A stretch of 64,000 bases of DNA from an uncultured Candidatus Saccharibacteria bacterium (lineage in GTDB: Bacteria; Patescibacteriota; Minisyncoccia; Phycocordibacterales; DATDWN01), in the NCBI GenBank assembly GCA_964468795.1, contig CAYXWL010000002.1:5459-69458 (forward strand). The letters run 5' to 3'. The notes beneath the pieces are model-generated. The model saw only the letters and a list, made by a program, of their open reading frames with translations. It searched no databases and was not told where the DNA came from. Shown in pieces: positions 37,620-47,941 of this stretch. A program made the position numbers and the translations under genes. How positions within the stretch are numbered: position 1 is the first letter of the stretch; each line of letters begins with the position of its first letter.

Positions 37620-38903
37620 ATGAAAAAACATATTATAATAGCAACATATGATGGAATAGGTACTCATTATTCAGGTGTTGGTACAATTGCAAAAAATATC
37701 ATATCTTCTCTAACTGATATATCAAATAGTTTAGATATGAAAGTTAGTATTGCTTATATTAATATTGATAAAACATCAAAAGTATTTAATAAAGACTGTT
37801 TTGAGGCAGCAAATAATCTTGTAAATAAAACTGGCGGGCAGATGATACCTTTGTGTAATTCTACTAAAGGTCAGAGTGAATGGGATATGTGGAGAAGTTT
37901 TAATGAATGGAATTTTTCTTGTGTATCTCTCGTTACAACCTTGAATTTGCTTCTAAAAGAGGATGAGGATAATGTCATTATTTTAAATGACACACCTTTT
38001 TTATTTTTTGCTAAGTATAGAGATTTAGTTACAGTTAAGAATTTGAAATGTTTTTATTTTCCACTCAGTACTGGTAAAAACCATGCTTTTGGTGATGAAG
38101 ATTGGAGAAATAATAGAATAAGAGTTGAAAAAAAATGTTTCGAACTAATTGAGTTAGAAAAGGATTCGAAAGTAATATCTCTTGGTAAAAAATTTGCAGA
38201 ACGCATGCACGAAGATTACGGACTTAATTTTAATGAAAAAGATTATTTACAAAATGGTTTATGTTTTGAAAAGTACAGGGATTTTCTTGATGAAAAATTT
38301 AATAACAAGGATCTTCTAAAATTTGGAATAGATATTAGTGAGGACAAAAAAATAATCTTTGCATGGGGGCGATGTTCTACTGCTAAAGGTTTTAAAGAAT
38401 TGGCACAGGCTTGGGTTCTTGCACACATAAGCCTACCAGATCATTTTTTAGTTTTGCAAATACCGAATAATTCTGGAGAGAATGAATATTTTCAAGAAGT
38501 AAAAAATATCTTAAGTGATATACCTAGAGTCATAATTATTGATGATTTTAATCCAAGTATTTGGAAAACAATCTTGAGAAATAAAAATACAGATGTTGTG
38601 TGTATACCTTCACTAATGGATCCATTCCCTCACACCTCAATTGAAGCAAAACTTTTTTCAAAGGATATGAATTATATAACATTGATTAGTGATGTTGATG
38701 GAGCAGTAGACGCCTTTGAAAAGGATGAGTGCTTTTATGTTGATCCCAGAAACAGTGATCAATTTTCTAAAAAGATAATTGAAGCAGTAAATCTAAATTA
38801 CTCTGAGAGGAGAAAACTAATTGAAAGAAGTGACAAAACTAGGGAAAAATTTAATTTTCATAAAATAATGTCCTCTTTCATCAAAGATAATCTTAATTGG
38901 TGA
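37620..38903 (+). CDS. Glycosyltransferase, GT-B fold (family 4/1-like).
   Basis: The C-terminal IPSLMDPFPHTSIEA matches the GT4 PS..E.FG...EA signature. Confidence 0.55.
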   Translation: MKKHIIIATYDGIGTHYSGVGTIAKNIISSLTDISNSLDMKVSIAYINIDKTSKVFNKDCFEAANNLVNKTGGQMIPLCNSTKGQSEWDMWRSFNEWNFSCVSLVTTLNLLLKEDEDNVIILNDTPFLFFAKYRDLVTVKNLKCFYFPLSTGKNHAFGDEDWRNNRIRVEKKCFELIELEKDSKVISLGKKFAERMHEDYGLNFNEKDYLQNGLCFEKYRDFLDEKFNNKDLLKFGIDISEDKKIIFAWGRCSTAKGFKELAQAWVLAHISLPDHFLVLQIPNNSGENEYFQEVKNILSDIPRVIIIDDFNPSIWKTILRNKNTDVVCIPSLMDPFPHTSIEAKLFSKDMNYITLISDVDGAVDAFEKDECFYVDPRNSDQFSKKIIEAVNLNYSERRKLIERSDKTREKFNFHKIMSSFIKDNLNW

Positions 38904-39643
38904 TGAAAATTAGACTTAATAATGTAACATTGCTGGGGATAGATTGTGTTAACCCAAAACAACTGTTAACTGCAATTAATATTTCTACAAGTAAGATAGA
39001 TTTTGAGTCTGTTAAGATTTTATCATCAGAGAATATTAATGATAGTAGACTAGTGAAAATTCCAAAGATATCCTCCATGCAAGAGTATTCGTTGTTTTGT
39101 TTAAAAGATTTGTATAAATATGTCGAAACAGATTTTGTTCTACTTATTCAATGGGACGGATTCATCCTAAATCCAGAAAGTTGGACTGATGAGTTTCTAA
39201 ATTACGACTACATTGGCGCACCCTGGGTCGTAAAAGATTGGTCTATAAATGATTTTGGATTTCCAGAAAAATTGAGGGGCACACGCGTTGTTGGTAATGG
39301 AGGTTTTTGTATTAGGAGTAGAAAATTTCTTGAAGTTTCGTCTAGGTTATATAAGTATAAAATATTCAAAACTTATCATCCAGAAGATATAGCGGTGAGT
39401 GTTTGGTATAGAGATTTATTTATTAAAGAAGGGATCAAGTTTGCTCCTGTAGAATTGGCTAGAAAGTTCGCTATTGAAGGAGGTGATGATGTGTACCACA
39501 ATCAATTTGGTTTTCATGGGTTTTACACAGATTTGGACAAATGGATGAATGAAAATAAGCAATATATGAATGTTGTTCAGTCTTATTATGATTTTAAAAA
39601 GAATATAAAAAAATATTGGAAGCCTGATGAAATAGTAATTTAA
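38897..39643 (+). CDS. DUF5672-like protein, commonly found in glycan-synthesis clusters.
   Basis: VVGNGGFCIRSRKFL motif. Assigned from memory. Confidence 0.4.
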   Translation: MVMKIRLNNVTLLGIDCVNPKQLLTAINISTSKIDFESVKILSSENINDSRLVKIPKISSMQEYSLFCLKDLYKYVETDFVLLIQWDGFILNPESWTDEFLNYDYIGAPWVVKDWSINDFGFPEKLRGTRVVGNGGFCIRSRKFLEVSSRLYKYKIFKTYHPEDIAVSVWYRDLFIKEGIKFAPVELARKFAIEGGDDVYHNQFGFHGFYTDLDKWMNENKQYMNVVQSYYDFKKNIKKYWKPDEIVI

Positions 39644-39712
39644 TCCAGTAAAACATTATTAGATAGAAAATCAAGAAATCTAAAAACATTTTTACTGTGT
39701 TATAATACTAAA

Positions 39713-40459
39713 ATGATTTTTCGGTGGTCCATTTGGGGTGATCATATTTCAAAAAATATAGAGCTACTGCAGTACAGCATAGCTTCTTTTCAGAAGTATT
39801 TTGGAAACAATAACCAATACATTATTTATACAGATAATATAGAGTTTGTTACAAAGTATTTTGATTCAAGTATAATTGTAAAACTCTTTTTACAAGACTC
39901 CGTATTTTTTTTAAAATCAAAAGCTACGTGGATGAAATGGTGTCCAAGTGTAAGGTTAGATTTAAGGGAAACGGAGGTATATGTAGATTCAGATGTTTTC
40001 CTTTTAAAATATCCGAAAGAAATTGATGGTTTTATAAATGATCCACAGTTGAAATTTGCAATAATGGATGAATTTAATGGGCAGTCCTGGCAACATGGTG
40101 CAATGGCACGTAAATCAACAAATCAAACTCCTTTTGTTAATGCTGGTTTTTTTATTCAGAAATCAGGTTGCGACATAACACAAGATTTACTAAGTGAATT
40201 TGAGTGGTGGAAGCAAAATGTGCCAACAAATGAACAAACTCATCATGATGAGCAAGGTGCATTAGCAGTAGCACTTACAGACCATTTAATTAATGGTGAA
40301 TTGTGTATTTTACCAAAAGATAAGTATGTGCTAATTGGTCCAAATGAAAATCAGGAAATAAAAAACCTCGAAAATATTACTATGTTTCATGCTGTATATC
40401 CGGATCATCCAGCCTTCTACAAATTCAAGAATTATCTTGATGATTTACTAAAAGAGTAA
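39713..40459 (+). CDS. Putative nucleotide-diphospho-sugar transferase with a DxD motif.
   Basis: YVDSDVFLL. Confidence 0.35.
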   Translation: MIFRWSIWGDHISKNIELLQYSIASFQKYFGNNNQYIIYTDNIEFVTKYFDSSIIVKLFLQDSVFFLKSKATWMKWCPSVRLDLRETEVYVDSDVFLLKYPKEIDGFINDPQLKFAIMDEFNGQSWQHGAMARKSTNQTPFVNAGFFIQKSGCDITQDLLSEFEWWKQNVPTNEQTHHDEQGALAVALTDHLINGELCILPKDKYVLIGPNENQEIKNLENITMFHAVYPDHPAFYKFKNYLDDLLKE

Positions 40460-40479
40460 GTTCAAAATTTTCGTTATAA

Positions 40480-42189
40480 ATGTTACAATCGAACAATATG
40501 GATCGTAGTAAAATTGCTATTCTCATGTCGGTGAGAAATGAGGAATCATATATTGATCTAAATATTTCCTATCATCTGGATTTAGGTTTTGATTACATAT
40601 TTATTGCTGATCATTGTTCAACTGATAAAACTCAAGAAATACTTAATTCATATAAAGATAATTCGAGAGTAGTTGTGATCCAGGAAACAAACCCAATTTT
40701 TGATCACGCAAGAATTGCAAATAATCTCTTGAGCTACGCAAAGTCAAAATATAGAATAGATTGGTTCATTTTTTTAGATGTTGATGAGTTTCTTTCAATA
40801 AAGGAAAAAGATGTGCATGACTTTGTTGATAGATTAGAAAAAAACAATATTCCATATGCAACTATTGGTTGGGCGAATGCTCTTTTTGATTATACTTTCA
40901 AAGATTATACTTGTTCTCCAACTCACCCTGTGGATACAACAAAATATTTTTATCCTTGGCCAGAAAAAACTTGGCAAGAGTATGGACATTTTAGAAAAGC
41001 AATTGTTAAAAATCACGACAAAATGGAAATAGTTGTTGGTGGTCATTATGTTCGTACGGAAAATAATCCAGATTTTTTTGGAGTATACAATTGGAACCCT
41101 TTCATTGTTCCTCCACATGAAGCTAAATTATTACATTTCGAATTTCGCGGGAAGGCTGATGAAATATATGGGAAATGGAAAAAACTTGCAGAATTTGAGA
41201 ATGACTCAACCTCAAGCCAGAATGCACCTTGGATGGAGAGGATCGAGACGATTAGAGGCTATGTTAAGGAATTTGAGGGTCATCTTGAGAAGATAAATAA
41301 AAGATGGTTTTCAGAGCACAGGACTTTTTGGGGGACAATCATTACTGACGATAAAATTAGTTACGATACTACCTTAGTTAAGTGGTATGGGAAATATTTG
41401 AAAAGAAAGATAGAGAATGGAGAAATTAGATCAATGTGTTTAGTGAGGAGGGGTCATTTGGGAGATGTTATTATGACTGAACCTGTTGCACGATTTTTAT
41501 CTAGCTATGCTAATGATATATCATTGGTAACTGAAATAAAGGAAGCTAGTAAAATATTTAATACTTACAGCAAGGTATACCCTTTTGATGATCTTGTTAC
41601 TGGTAAAATTCGTGCAGATGCTGTCATTAGACTTGTGCATGAAAGAAGTGACAATAAAAAAACATATATACAAGGATATATGGAGTCTATTGGTTTTTCT
41701 GATACAAAGATTAATGATATCCCGCTCATTTCCGATTCGTGGAAAAAAATTGTTGATGAAGAATACATTCTTATTGCACCTCATACAAGTTTGTGGGAAG
41801 AAAAAAAGAGGAATTGGGGTTATGATAAGTTTGTTGAGCTTAAACGTTTGATTGAAAAGGAATTTAACATTAAGTGTGTAATTCTAGAGAAAGACTATTC
41901 TTTTTCAGATATGATGTCACTCATTAAACATTGCAAATTTATTGTAGGAAATGATTCTGGACCAACGGTTATTGCACAGAGTTTTAATAAGAAATCATTT
42001 ATAATTTTCGGTGCAACTCACCCAAAGTATTTACATTTATCAGAAAATGTGGTATCAATATACGATAAAGATCGTCATAAACTTTGTTCTCATGTAAGTA
42101 GAGAAGAAGAAATGAGATGTTGTGAAGAGTTTTGTATGGATAGAATTAGGGTTCCTGATGTTTTGGATACAATCAAAATAAATATATGA
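40480..42189 (+). CDS. Bifunctional glycosyltransferase: an N-terminal GT-A (GT2/GT92-like) domain fused to a C-terminal GT9 heptosyltransferase-like domain.
   Basis: The N-terminus reads MSVRNEESYI...IADHCSTD. The C-terminal half carries MCLVRRGHLGDVIMTEPVARFL, the GT9 signature. Confidence 0.55.
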   Translation: MLQSNNMDRSKIAILMSVRNEESYIDLNISYHLDLGFDYIFIADHCSTDKTQEILNSYKDNSRVVVIQETNPIFDHARIANNLLSYAKSKYRIDWFIFLDVDEFLSIKEKDVHDFVDRLEKNNIPYATIGWANALFDYTFKDYTCSPTHPVDTTKYFYPWPEKTWQEYGHFRKAIVKNHDKMEIVVGGHYVRTENNPDFFGVYNWNPFIVPPHEAKLLHFEFRGKADEIYGKWKKLAEFENDSTSSQNAPWMERIETIRGYVKEFEGHLEKINKRWFSEHRTFWGTIITDDKISYDTTLVKWYGKYLKRKIENGEIRSMCLVRRGHLGDVIMTEPVARFLSSYANDISLVTEIKEASKIFNTYSKVYPFDDLVTGKIRADAVIRLVHERSDNKKTYIQGYMESIGFSDTKINDIPLISDSWKKIVDEEYILIAPHTSLWEEKKRNWGYDKFVELKRLIEKEFNIKCVILEKDYSFSDMMSLIKHCKFIVGNDSGPTVIAQSFNKKSFIIFGATHPKYLHLSENVVSIYDKDRHKLCSHVSREEEMRCCEEFCMDRIRVPDVLDTIKINI

Positions 42190-43205
42190 CTGACTCAGAA
42201 ATGAAAATAAAATTATCCTATATAACAGGTTTGAAGCCTGTGGTTTTAGATGAATTAAAAAAAATTAATTTTGAAATAATTAGTGAAGATACCGATTCAT
42301 TTTTTATCGAATTTTCAGAAAAGGTCATACAACAAGTAAAAAAGCTAAGGAGTGTAGCTCGTGTGTATCTAGTTATGCAAGGCGATACATATCACCCGAC
42401 ATATATTTCAAACCATAAGTCCGTTTTAGCTGGTCTTATTAATATGGTTATTGAGTACTATGACTTCAAGACATTCAAAATTAGCTGTGCCGGGTCTGAT
42501 TCGCCTGAAGTTAGAAGTATTGCAAGATATATACGAGATACCTATATACTGGAGGAAAATGACGAGGCAGACTTAAAGATACATATTATAAAACTAGATA
42601 GTGGTTGGGAGATGGGTGTACAAATAACCCCACGTCCTCTTTCAGTGAGAGATTATAGAGTTGTTAATATGAGTGGAGCAATGGATCCAACAATAGCATA
42701 TGCAGTAAATTCTTTTTGCAATCTTGATTCAGCACATTCGTATTTGAATATATTTTCGGGCAGTGCAACTTTATTAATTGAGGCGGGACAATGTTATCCA
42801 AACTTGAACAAATTACTTGGTTTTGATAATGAAAAGAAACATCTGTCCTTGTCTGTTCAAAACATTAAAAAGGCAGGTCTTATAGAAAGAGTTCAAGTGA
42901 AGGAATTGGATATTTTTGATAAGCCAGACCTAGGTAAATTTGATGCTATTGCCTCTGATTTACCTTTCGGTATGTCAATTTTAAAAGGTGAAGATCTAGA
43001 AAAACTATACGAAACTTTTATTCAATATTGTGAGGATGTGTTAAATACTACTGGTAGATTGGTTGTCTATACTAGCGAATATGAAATCATTGAACCTATT
43101 CTACTTAAGTCTAAATTCAAAATAATTCAGTCATTACAGTTAAAATTTATAACTAATGTAGATGCGTATTTAAGACCCAAGATAATTGTTTGTGAATTCA
43201 AATAA
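42186..43205 (+). CDS. THUMP-like / UPF0020 family SAM-dependent methyltransferase (N2-G/N6-A RNA methylase-like).
   Basis: FSGSATLLIEAG is the SAM motif I-like region; ASDLPFG is the D/NPPY-type catalytic motif. Confidence 0.55.
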   Translation: MTDSEMKIKLSYITGLKPVVLDELKKINFEIISEDTDSFFIEFSEKVIQQVKKLRSVARVYLVMQGDTYHPTYISNHKSVLAGLINMVIEYYDFKTFKISCAGSDSPEVRSIARYIRDTYILEENDEADLKIHIIKLDSGWEMGVQITPRPLSVRDYRVVNMSGAMDPTIAYAVNSFCNLDSAHSYLNIFSGSATLLIEAGQCYPNLNKLLGFDNEKKHLSLSVQNIKKAGLIERVQVKELDIFDKPDLGKFDAIASDLPFGMSILKGEDLEKLYETFIQYCEDVLNTTGRLVVYTSEYEIIEPILLKSKFKIIQSLQLKFITNVDAYLRPKIIVCEFK

Positions 43206-43207
43206 AT

Positions 43208-43960
43208 ATGGAAGAGGTTGATCTAAGAAAATTTTTAGAAAAATACAGAGATAGTAGGGTTGATTTTTACCGTTTCCCGGGAAATTATGGAGATTCACTA
43301 ATCTGGCATGGTACAAAAATACTACTAAATAAACTTAATATCATTGAAGATTACGTTGAAATATCTTCTCAAAAAAAGAATAACGTACTATTTATAGACG
43401 GTGGAGGTAATTTTGTTGATTATTATTCAGATGTAAAAAATTTCTTAATTGAGAAAAAAGATTTGTACAAGGAAATAGTCATCTTACCTCATACTATTTT
43501 TGGTAATAAGCAGATTGATATTCTAAATAGTTTGTCTGGTGATATTACAGTGTTTTGTCGTGAAAAAACTTCTTTCAAATTTGTAAAGGAAAATTTTACC
43601 AAAGGGAATATTTTTTTATGGCATGATTGTGCTTTCTATAATTCTTTTCCAAAATCAACATCTGGAACTGGGGCGCTTAATGCTTTTCGATCAGATATGG
43701 AATCTACTCTTAATGAATTACCCCATACAAATGAAGACATATCATATAATGGATATGCTACAAAACCTCTTGATGAGTTCATTAATATATTAAATAAATA
43801 CGAGCAAGTTAATACAGACAGGTTGCATGTAGCCATATGCGCTACACTTCTTGGAAAGCAGGTAAAATTATTTCCAAATTCGTATTATAAAAACAAGGCA
43901 GTTTTTGATTATTCTTTAAAAAAATTCCCTAATATAATTTTTGTTGATAAAATATCCTAA
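43208..43960 (+). CDS. Polysaccharide pyruvyl transferase family protein.
   Basis: An N-terminal GNYGD motif and a C-terminal DRLH motif. Confidence 0.55.
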   Translation: MEEVDLRKFLEKYRDSRVDFYRFPGNYGDSLIWHGTKILLNKLNIIEDYVEISSQKKNNVLFIDGGGNFVDYYSDVKNFLIEKKDLYKEIVILPHTIFGNKQIDILNSLSGDITVFCREKTSFKFVKENFTKGNIFLWHDCAFYNSFPKSTSGTGALNAFRSDMESTLNELPHTNEDISYNGYATKPLDEFINILNKYEQVNTDRLHVAICATLLGKQVKLFPNSYYKNKAVFDYSLKKFPNIIFVDKIS

Positions 43961-45276
43961 ATACTTACTATTTTATTAGCTAAGGTGATCTTACTCCTTA
44001 TGCATGAAAGTAATTCTCTCTTCTCAATATTAGAAGCTTCTTTGAGTACATACTTTGCATAATTTCTGATATCTATATCTTTAACCTCGATTTTTTCTTT
44101 AGTTCCAAGAATGACTCTCTGGAATTTTTTCACTCTTTCTACTTCAGCTTTAATTTTTTCTTTTATACCTATCTCATTAAGATCAATTTTATCCATAAGT
44201 AATACAAATTGTTCAATCAAATCTTCCTCATTTATGTACCCAGACTTACAATGCTTATCTTTAAATTTTGTGCATCCATAATAAACATAACGATGTACAT
44301 TTCCATTCTTCTGTTTCTTAAACTTCTCGTCAGCAGTAATACCAGACCCACATAAACCACAAGTCATAAGTTTGGTAAAAGCAAACTCTTTATCTTCAAC
44401 TCGAATAACTTGTCCGTTTATCTGAGTTTGAACTTGATCAAATAATTCTTTGGTTATCAGAGGTTCGTGTATGCCTTTGTACCAAAGACCGCTTTTCTTC
44501 GGAAACTCAAAAGTTCCGTAATAAAAATCACTTTTTAAAATTAAATATATATTACTCAGTGTTAAGCCTTTATTTCCATTTGGAGTTTTAAAATTGAGTT
44601 CAAATTTCAGCCAATGGTATAGTTTCTTTCCTGTCCATTTCTCGTAAGCAACTTTCTCAAACATTTTTCTAATGATGTGGCCTCGTTCTGGATCAATGTA
44701 CACATGACCTTTACGATCAGCCCTCATTTCATTTAAATAGCCCATAGGGGCTGGTGCAGGCCATAGACCCATCTCACATCTAGTTCTCAGTCCACGCTTA
44801 ACATTGATACTTTTATTGTCGTTCTCAAGTTTTGCATGAGATCACAAAATCATGAGTAGAAACTTTTCGTTTGGTGAATTCTGGAATGACTGACCATAAG
44901 TTCTAATTTGATGTAGTTTCTTTTCGTCCATTAAATCCACAAGAGTTCCAAGGTCACCAGCATTTCTACTTAAACGGTCTGGTGCCCATGTCAAAATACC
45001 TGTGTATCTTCCAGAATTGAGATCACGGATAAGTTCATTAAACACAGGTCTTTGTCCTGATGCTTTGGCAGAATAAGATTCACGTCTAATATCAATTATT
45101 TCAAGATTTTCTCTTTCAGCGATTTGTAGCATTTCTTTTACTTGAGAATCAATTGAGAGCGCTTGTTTCTCGTCAGATTCAGTTGATTTTCTAGCATAAA
45201 GACAATATCTGACTTTATCTACTGGAACTGCATCTGGTGCCCATATTTGAGCCCCTCTGTTTATTACTGCTTCCAT
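43957..45276 (-). pseudogene. Large serine recombinase interrupted by one in-frame TGA at about 44842-44844, the position where the intact paralog has a conserved Cys. The ORF track shows it as 43957..44772 plus 44842..45276.
   Basis: The N-terminal resolvase domain carries YARKSTE (catalytic Ser). The C-terminal recombinase and zinc-ribbon domains are also present. The sequence is collinear with 57072..58394 across the stop. Confidence 0.75.
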
Positions 45277-45318
45277 ACCTATATTGATGACGCAATGGTT
45301 CTGGGAGTCAAGGAGATA

Positions 45319-45894
45319 TTAAGTATCTTTGTCCACATCTGGATCCATCATTTTATCAACCTCTCCCTCTTTCTCGGTATCGATTTTCCACTCTATATAT
45401 GAGGCATTAAATATATCTATTAGATTTTGTTCATCATTACAGAACACCTTAATAAATGGTTCAAATATTTGGTAAGCAATATCTGCCTCAAAGTTTTTCT
45501 CTAAATCGTAAATAATTGAAAACATAGTTTCAAAGTTGTGACCTTTCTTAACTGGTTTACTCACTATGTCAGAATCTCTAGTTAATAGAGAACTATAATG
45601 TTTACCTTTTTCTTTCTGCATATATCTAGAATCATTATGAGACAACCAAAAGGTTGCAGACTTATGTTCTCCTCTTTGAACTCCTTTTATAATTACAGTT
45701 TCAGCAGATCCATTAATTGCTTCTCGTCCAACAAATAAAGCCATGACAACTTTTTTGTTAAATGTTGGGTGTCGCATAATCCATCTATAGAATGTGCTGT
45801 GGTCTATTCCAACTTTATTACAGACATACCGAACATTAGGAATTACTTCCAATTCCTTAACAATTCTTTTGGTTATGTCATCTCCATATCGCAT
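45319..45894 (-). CDS. HTH protein, phage terminase small subunit-like.
   Basis: The N-terminal HTH (GIDHSTFYRWIMRHPTFNKK) is homologous to 61088..61537. Confidence 0.45.
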   Translation of the reverse strand: MRYGDDITKRIVKELEVIPNVRYVCNKVGIDHSTFYRWIMRHPTFNKKVVMALFVGREAINGSAETVIIKGVQRGEHKSATFWLSHNDSRYMQKEKGKHYSSLLTRDSDIVSKPVKKGHNFETMFSIIYDLEKNFEADIAYQIFEPFIKVFCNDEQNLIDIFNASYIEWKIDTEKEGEVDKMMDPDVDKDT

Positions 45895-45896
45895 GG

Positions 45897-46601
45897 TTAG
45901 TTTATCTTACGAGCTTTGTCGCCAGTAAACATTTCGTACCTTTTAATTATTAGATCTACAAAGACAGGATCGATTTCGACCATAAAACATTTTCTTTTTA
46001 GCTGGTGAGATGCAATTAGTTCTCCACCACTACCACCAAAAAGTGAGAGGATATTATCTCCAATTTTTGTACACCGTTTGATTGGCTTATCATGAAGAGT
46101 GATAGGTTTCTCTGTTGGGTGTTCGTATAGATTTCCGGATAATCTTCGAATAGCCCAAACATCAAACATTTCCATGTAGTTTTCAATCATCTCATTGCCT
46201 GTCCCAATATCTTTATTTAATACTTCATCATAATTTCTATGATGTGGAGAAAGATAAGGTTTTCCTTTTGTCCCATAAACACAGGGTTCATAGACTTTTG
46301 AAAATGCTACCTGTGGTGTGGGATTTGCTATTCCTTTTAACCAAATACAGATTCTCTTAAAATCAATACCGATTTCTTTATATATGGAAGCAATCAGTGG
46401 TGTATATGTTTGGTCGCAGTAATAGAAGAAGTGGGCACTGGTATTTGTAACCGAGAAGGCATTACTGATTGTTTTCTTCAGAAACTCCTCATAGTCTTTA
46501 TCGTTTTTATTATCAGTACTAGAACCACCATAGTTTTTAGTGCCACCAATACCGTTTTTGTAGGAAAGGTTAATATTGTAAATTGGGTCACAGTAAACCA
46601 T
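45897..46601 (-). CDS. Orphan DNA methyltransferase (beta-class N6A/N4C). It is an N-terminally truncated paralog of 61485..62768 and lacks the ParB-like domain.
   Basis: DPIYNI is motif IV (DPPY-like) and FGGSGG is the SAM motif. About 60% identity to its paralog. Confidence 0.7.
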   Translation of the reverse strand: MVYCDPIYNINLSYKNGIGGTKNYGGSSTDNKNDKDYEEFLKKTISNAFSVTNTSAHFFYYCDQTYTPLIASIYKEIGIDFKRICIWLKGIANPTPQVAFSKVYEPCVYGTKGKPYLSPHHRNYDEVLNKDIGTGNEMIENYMEMFDVWAIRRLSGNLYEHPTEKPITLHDKPIKRCTKIGDNILSLFGGSGGELIASHQLKRKCFMVEIDPVFVDLIIKRYEMFTGDKARKIN

Positions 46602-46603
46602 AT

Positions 46604-47880
46604 CAATTTTCTCCTTACCAACAACTTTCTCAAAGATAGTATCACTTGTAGAACAAGCACAAAAAGCTAAAGCTCCAACTCAAGAATTTATCGATAGTTT
46701 CGCAAAATATTACACACCATCAGTTGTTGTTATTGCTGCAATTATTGGTATAGGAATACCACTCCTTACTGGAGATGTATTCACTCTTTGGCTTGAGCGT
46801 GCAATAACACTTCTTGTTATTGCGTGTCCTTGTGCACTTGTTATCTCTACACCTGTAGCGATTACTTCAGCAATAGGTGGAGCATCAAAAAAAGGAATTC
46901 TAATGAAAGGAGGTAAGCATCTTGAAGAACTTAAAAATGTTCGGGTAATTGCTTTCGATAAAACTGGAACTTTAACTCTTGGAGAACCTTACATTTCTGA
47001 TGTTATTGCTTTTAATGGCTTTACTGAAAAGGATGTTCTTGAGGATGCTGCAGGTGTTGAACAATTTTCTTCTCACCCTCTATCTAAAAGTATATTAGCT
47101 TTTGCAAAAGAAAAAGGTATTAGTCCTCACACAATGCAAAATTATCAAAATATTTCTGGTAAAGGAGGAAAGGCGACCTGTATGGTATGTGACGATCTCG
47201 AACATTGTGTAGGTAATTTAAAACTTATGGATGCTCATGATATTTCAACTGAAGAAATACTTGAGAAAACAGAAAAATTTGAACGAGAAGGAAAAACGGT
47301 GGTTTTGGTAAGTGAAGACAAAAAAATAATGGGCGCATTGGCAATTTCAGATAGAATTCGCAATGAAGCCAAAGATACTATCAGTAAACTTAACTCTCTT
47401 GGGGTACAAACAGTAATGCTTACTGGAGATAACCAACATGCCGCTTCGTTTGTTGCAGAAAGTTTGGGAATTAAAGAAGTTTACGGATCACTTCTTCCAG
47501 ATGAAAAGGTTCAAAAAATTCAATTGCTTAAAGATAAGCATAATTCAGTGGCAATGGTTGGAGATGGTGTAAATGATGCTCCATCTTTGGCTCTATCAAA
47601 TGTTGGTATTGCCATGGGTGCAAGAGGATCAGATGTTGCGATTGAAACTGCGGATGTTGCTCTAATGAATGACAATATTTTGAACATTCCAGCAATGGTG
47701 GAGTTAAGCAAAAAGACAATAAAAACTGTTAAGCAGAATGTAACGGCAGCTCTTGTGGTAAAAGTTGCTTTTGTTGTCCTTGCAGTGTTCGGTATCTCCA
47801 ATCTTGGTATCGCAATTGCTGCCGACACCGGAGTGGCGATACTCGTTATCTTAAATGGATTAAGGCTATTTAAGGCCTAA
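46604..47880 (+). pseudogene. 5'-truncated heavy-metal P-type ATPase (ZntA/CadA-like), C-terminal two-thirds only.
   Basis: The in-frame translation from about 46604 contains CPC (IACPCAL), DKTGTLT, GDGVNDAP and a C-terminal ILNGLRL. The N-terminal HMA and TM1-4 are absent. The fragment abuts the truncated methyltransferase start. Confidence 0.7.
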
Positions 47881-47941
47881 AAATAAGGCTAAATAATGGG
47901 TTGAAATTAGGGGTCTTTTTGGGTACAATTGGGGCTCCCTC

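Larger units (their letters stand above)
36610..43960 (+). other. AT-richer plus-strand glycan/nucleotide-modification island immediately 3' of tRNA-Gln.
   Basis: Nine co-directional genes with tight or overlapping junctions, in a strand switch relative to roughly 36 kb of minus-strand genes. Composition is visibly more AT-rich. Confidence 0.5.

Noticed and set aside
44839-44844. Possibility that the in-frame TGA in the recombinase indicates genetic code 25/4 (TGA=Gly/Trp) or selenocysteine.
   Set aside because: Long genes throughout the window are intact under the standard code. The paralog has TGT (Cys) at this site. No SECIS-like context was noticed. A nonsense mutation is the simplest explanation.
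47520-47828. Antisense ORFs within the truncated ATPase (47520..47828, 47528..47719), and similar antisense ORFs in copA (52318.., 52624.., 53359..).
   Set aside because: They are low-complexity antisense translations inside well-supported P-type ATPase coding sequence.
46903-47880. Treating ORF 46903..47880 as a complete 325-aa gene.
   Set aside because: In-frame P-type ATPase homology continues upstream to about 46604 without a start codon, and the N-terminal two-thirds of the protein is missing. It is better described as a truncated pseudogene.
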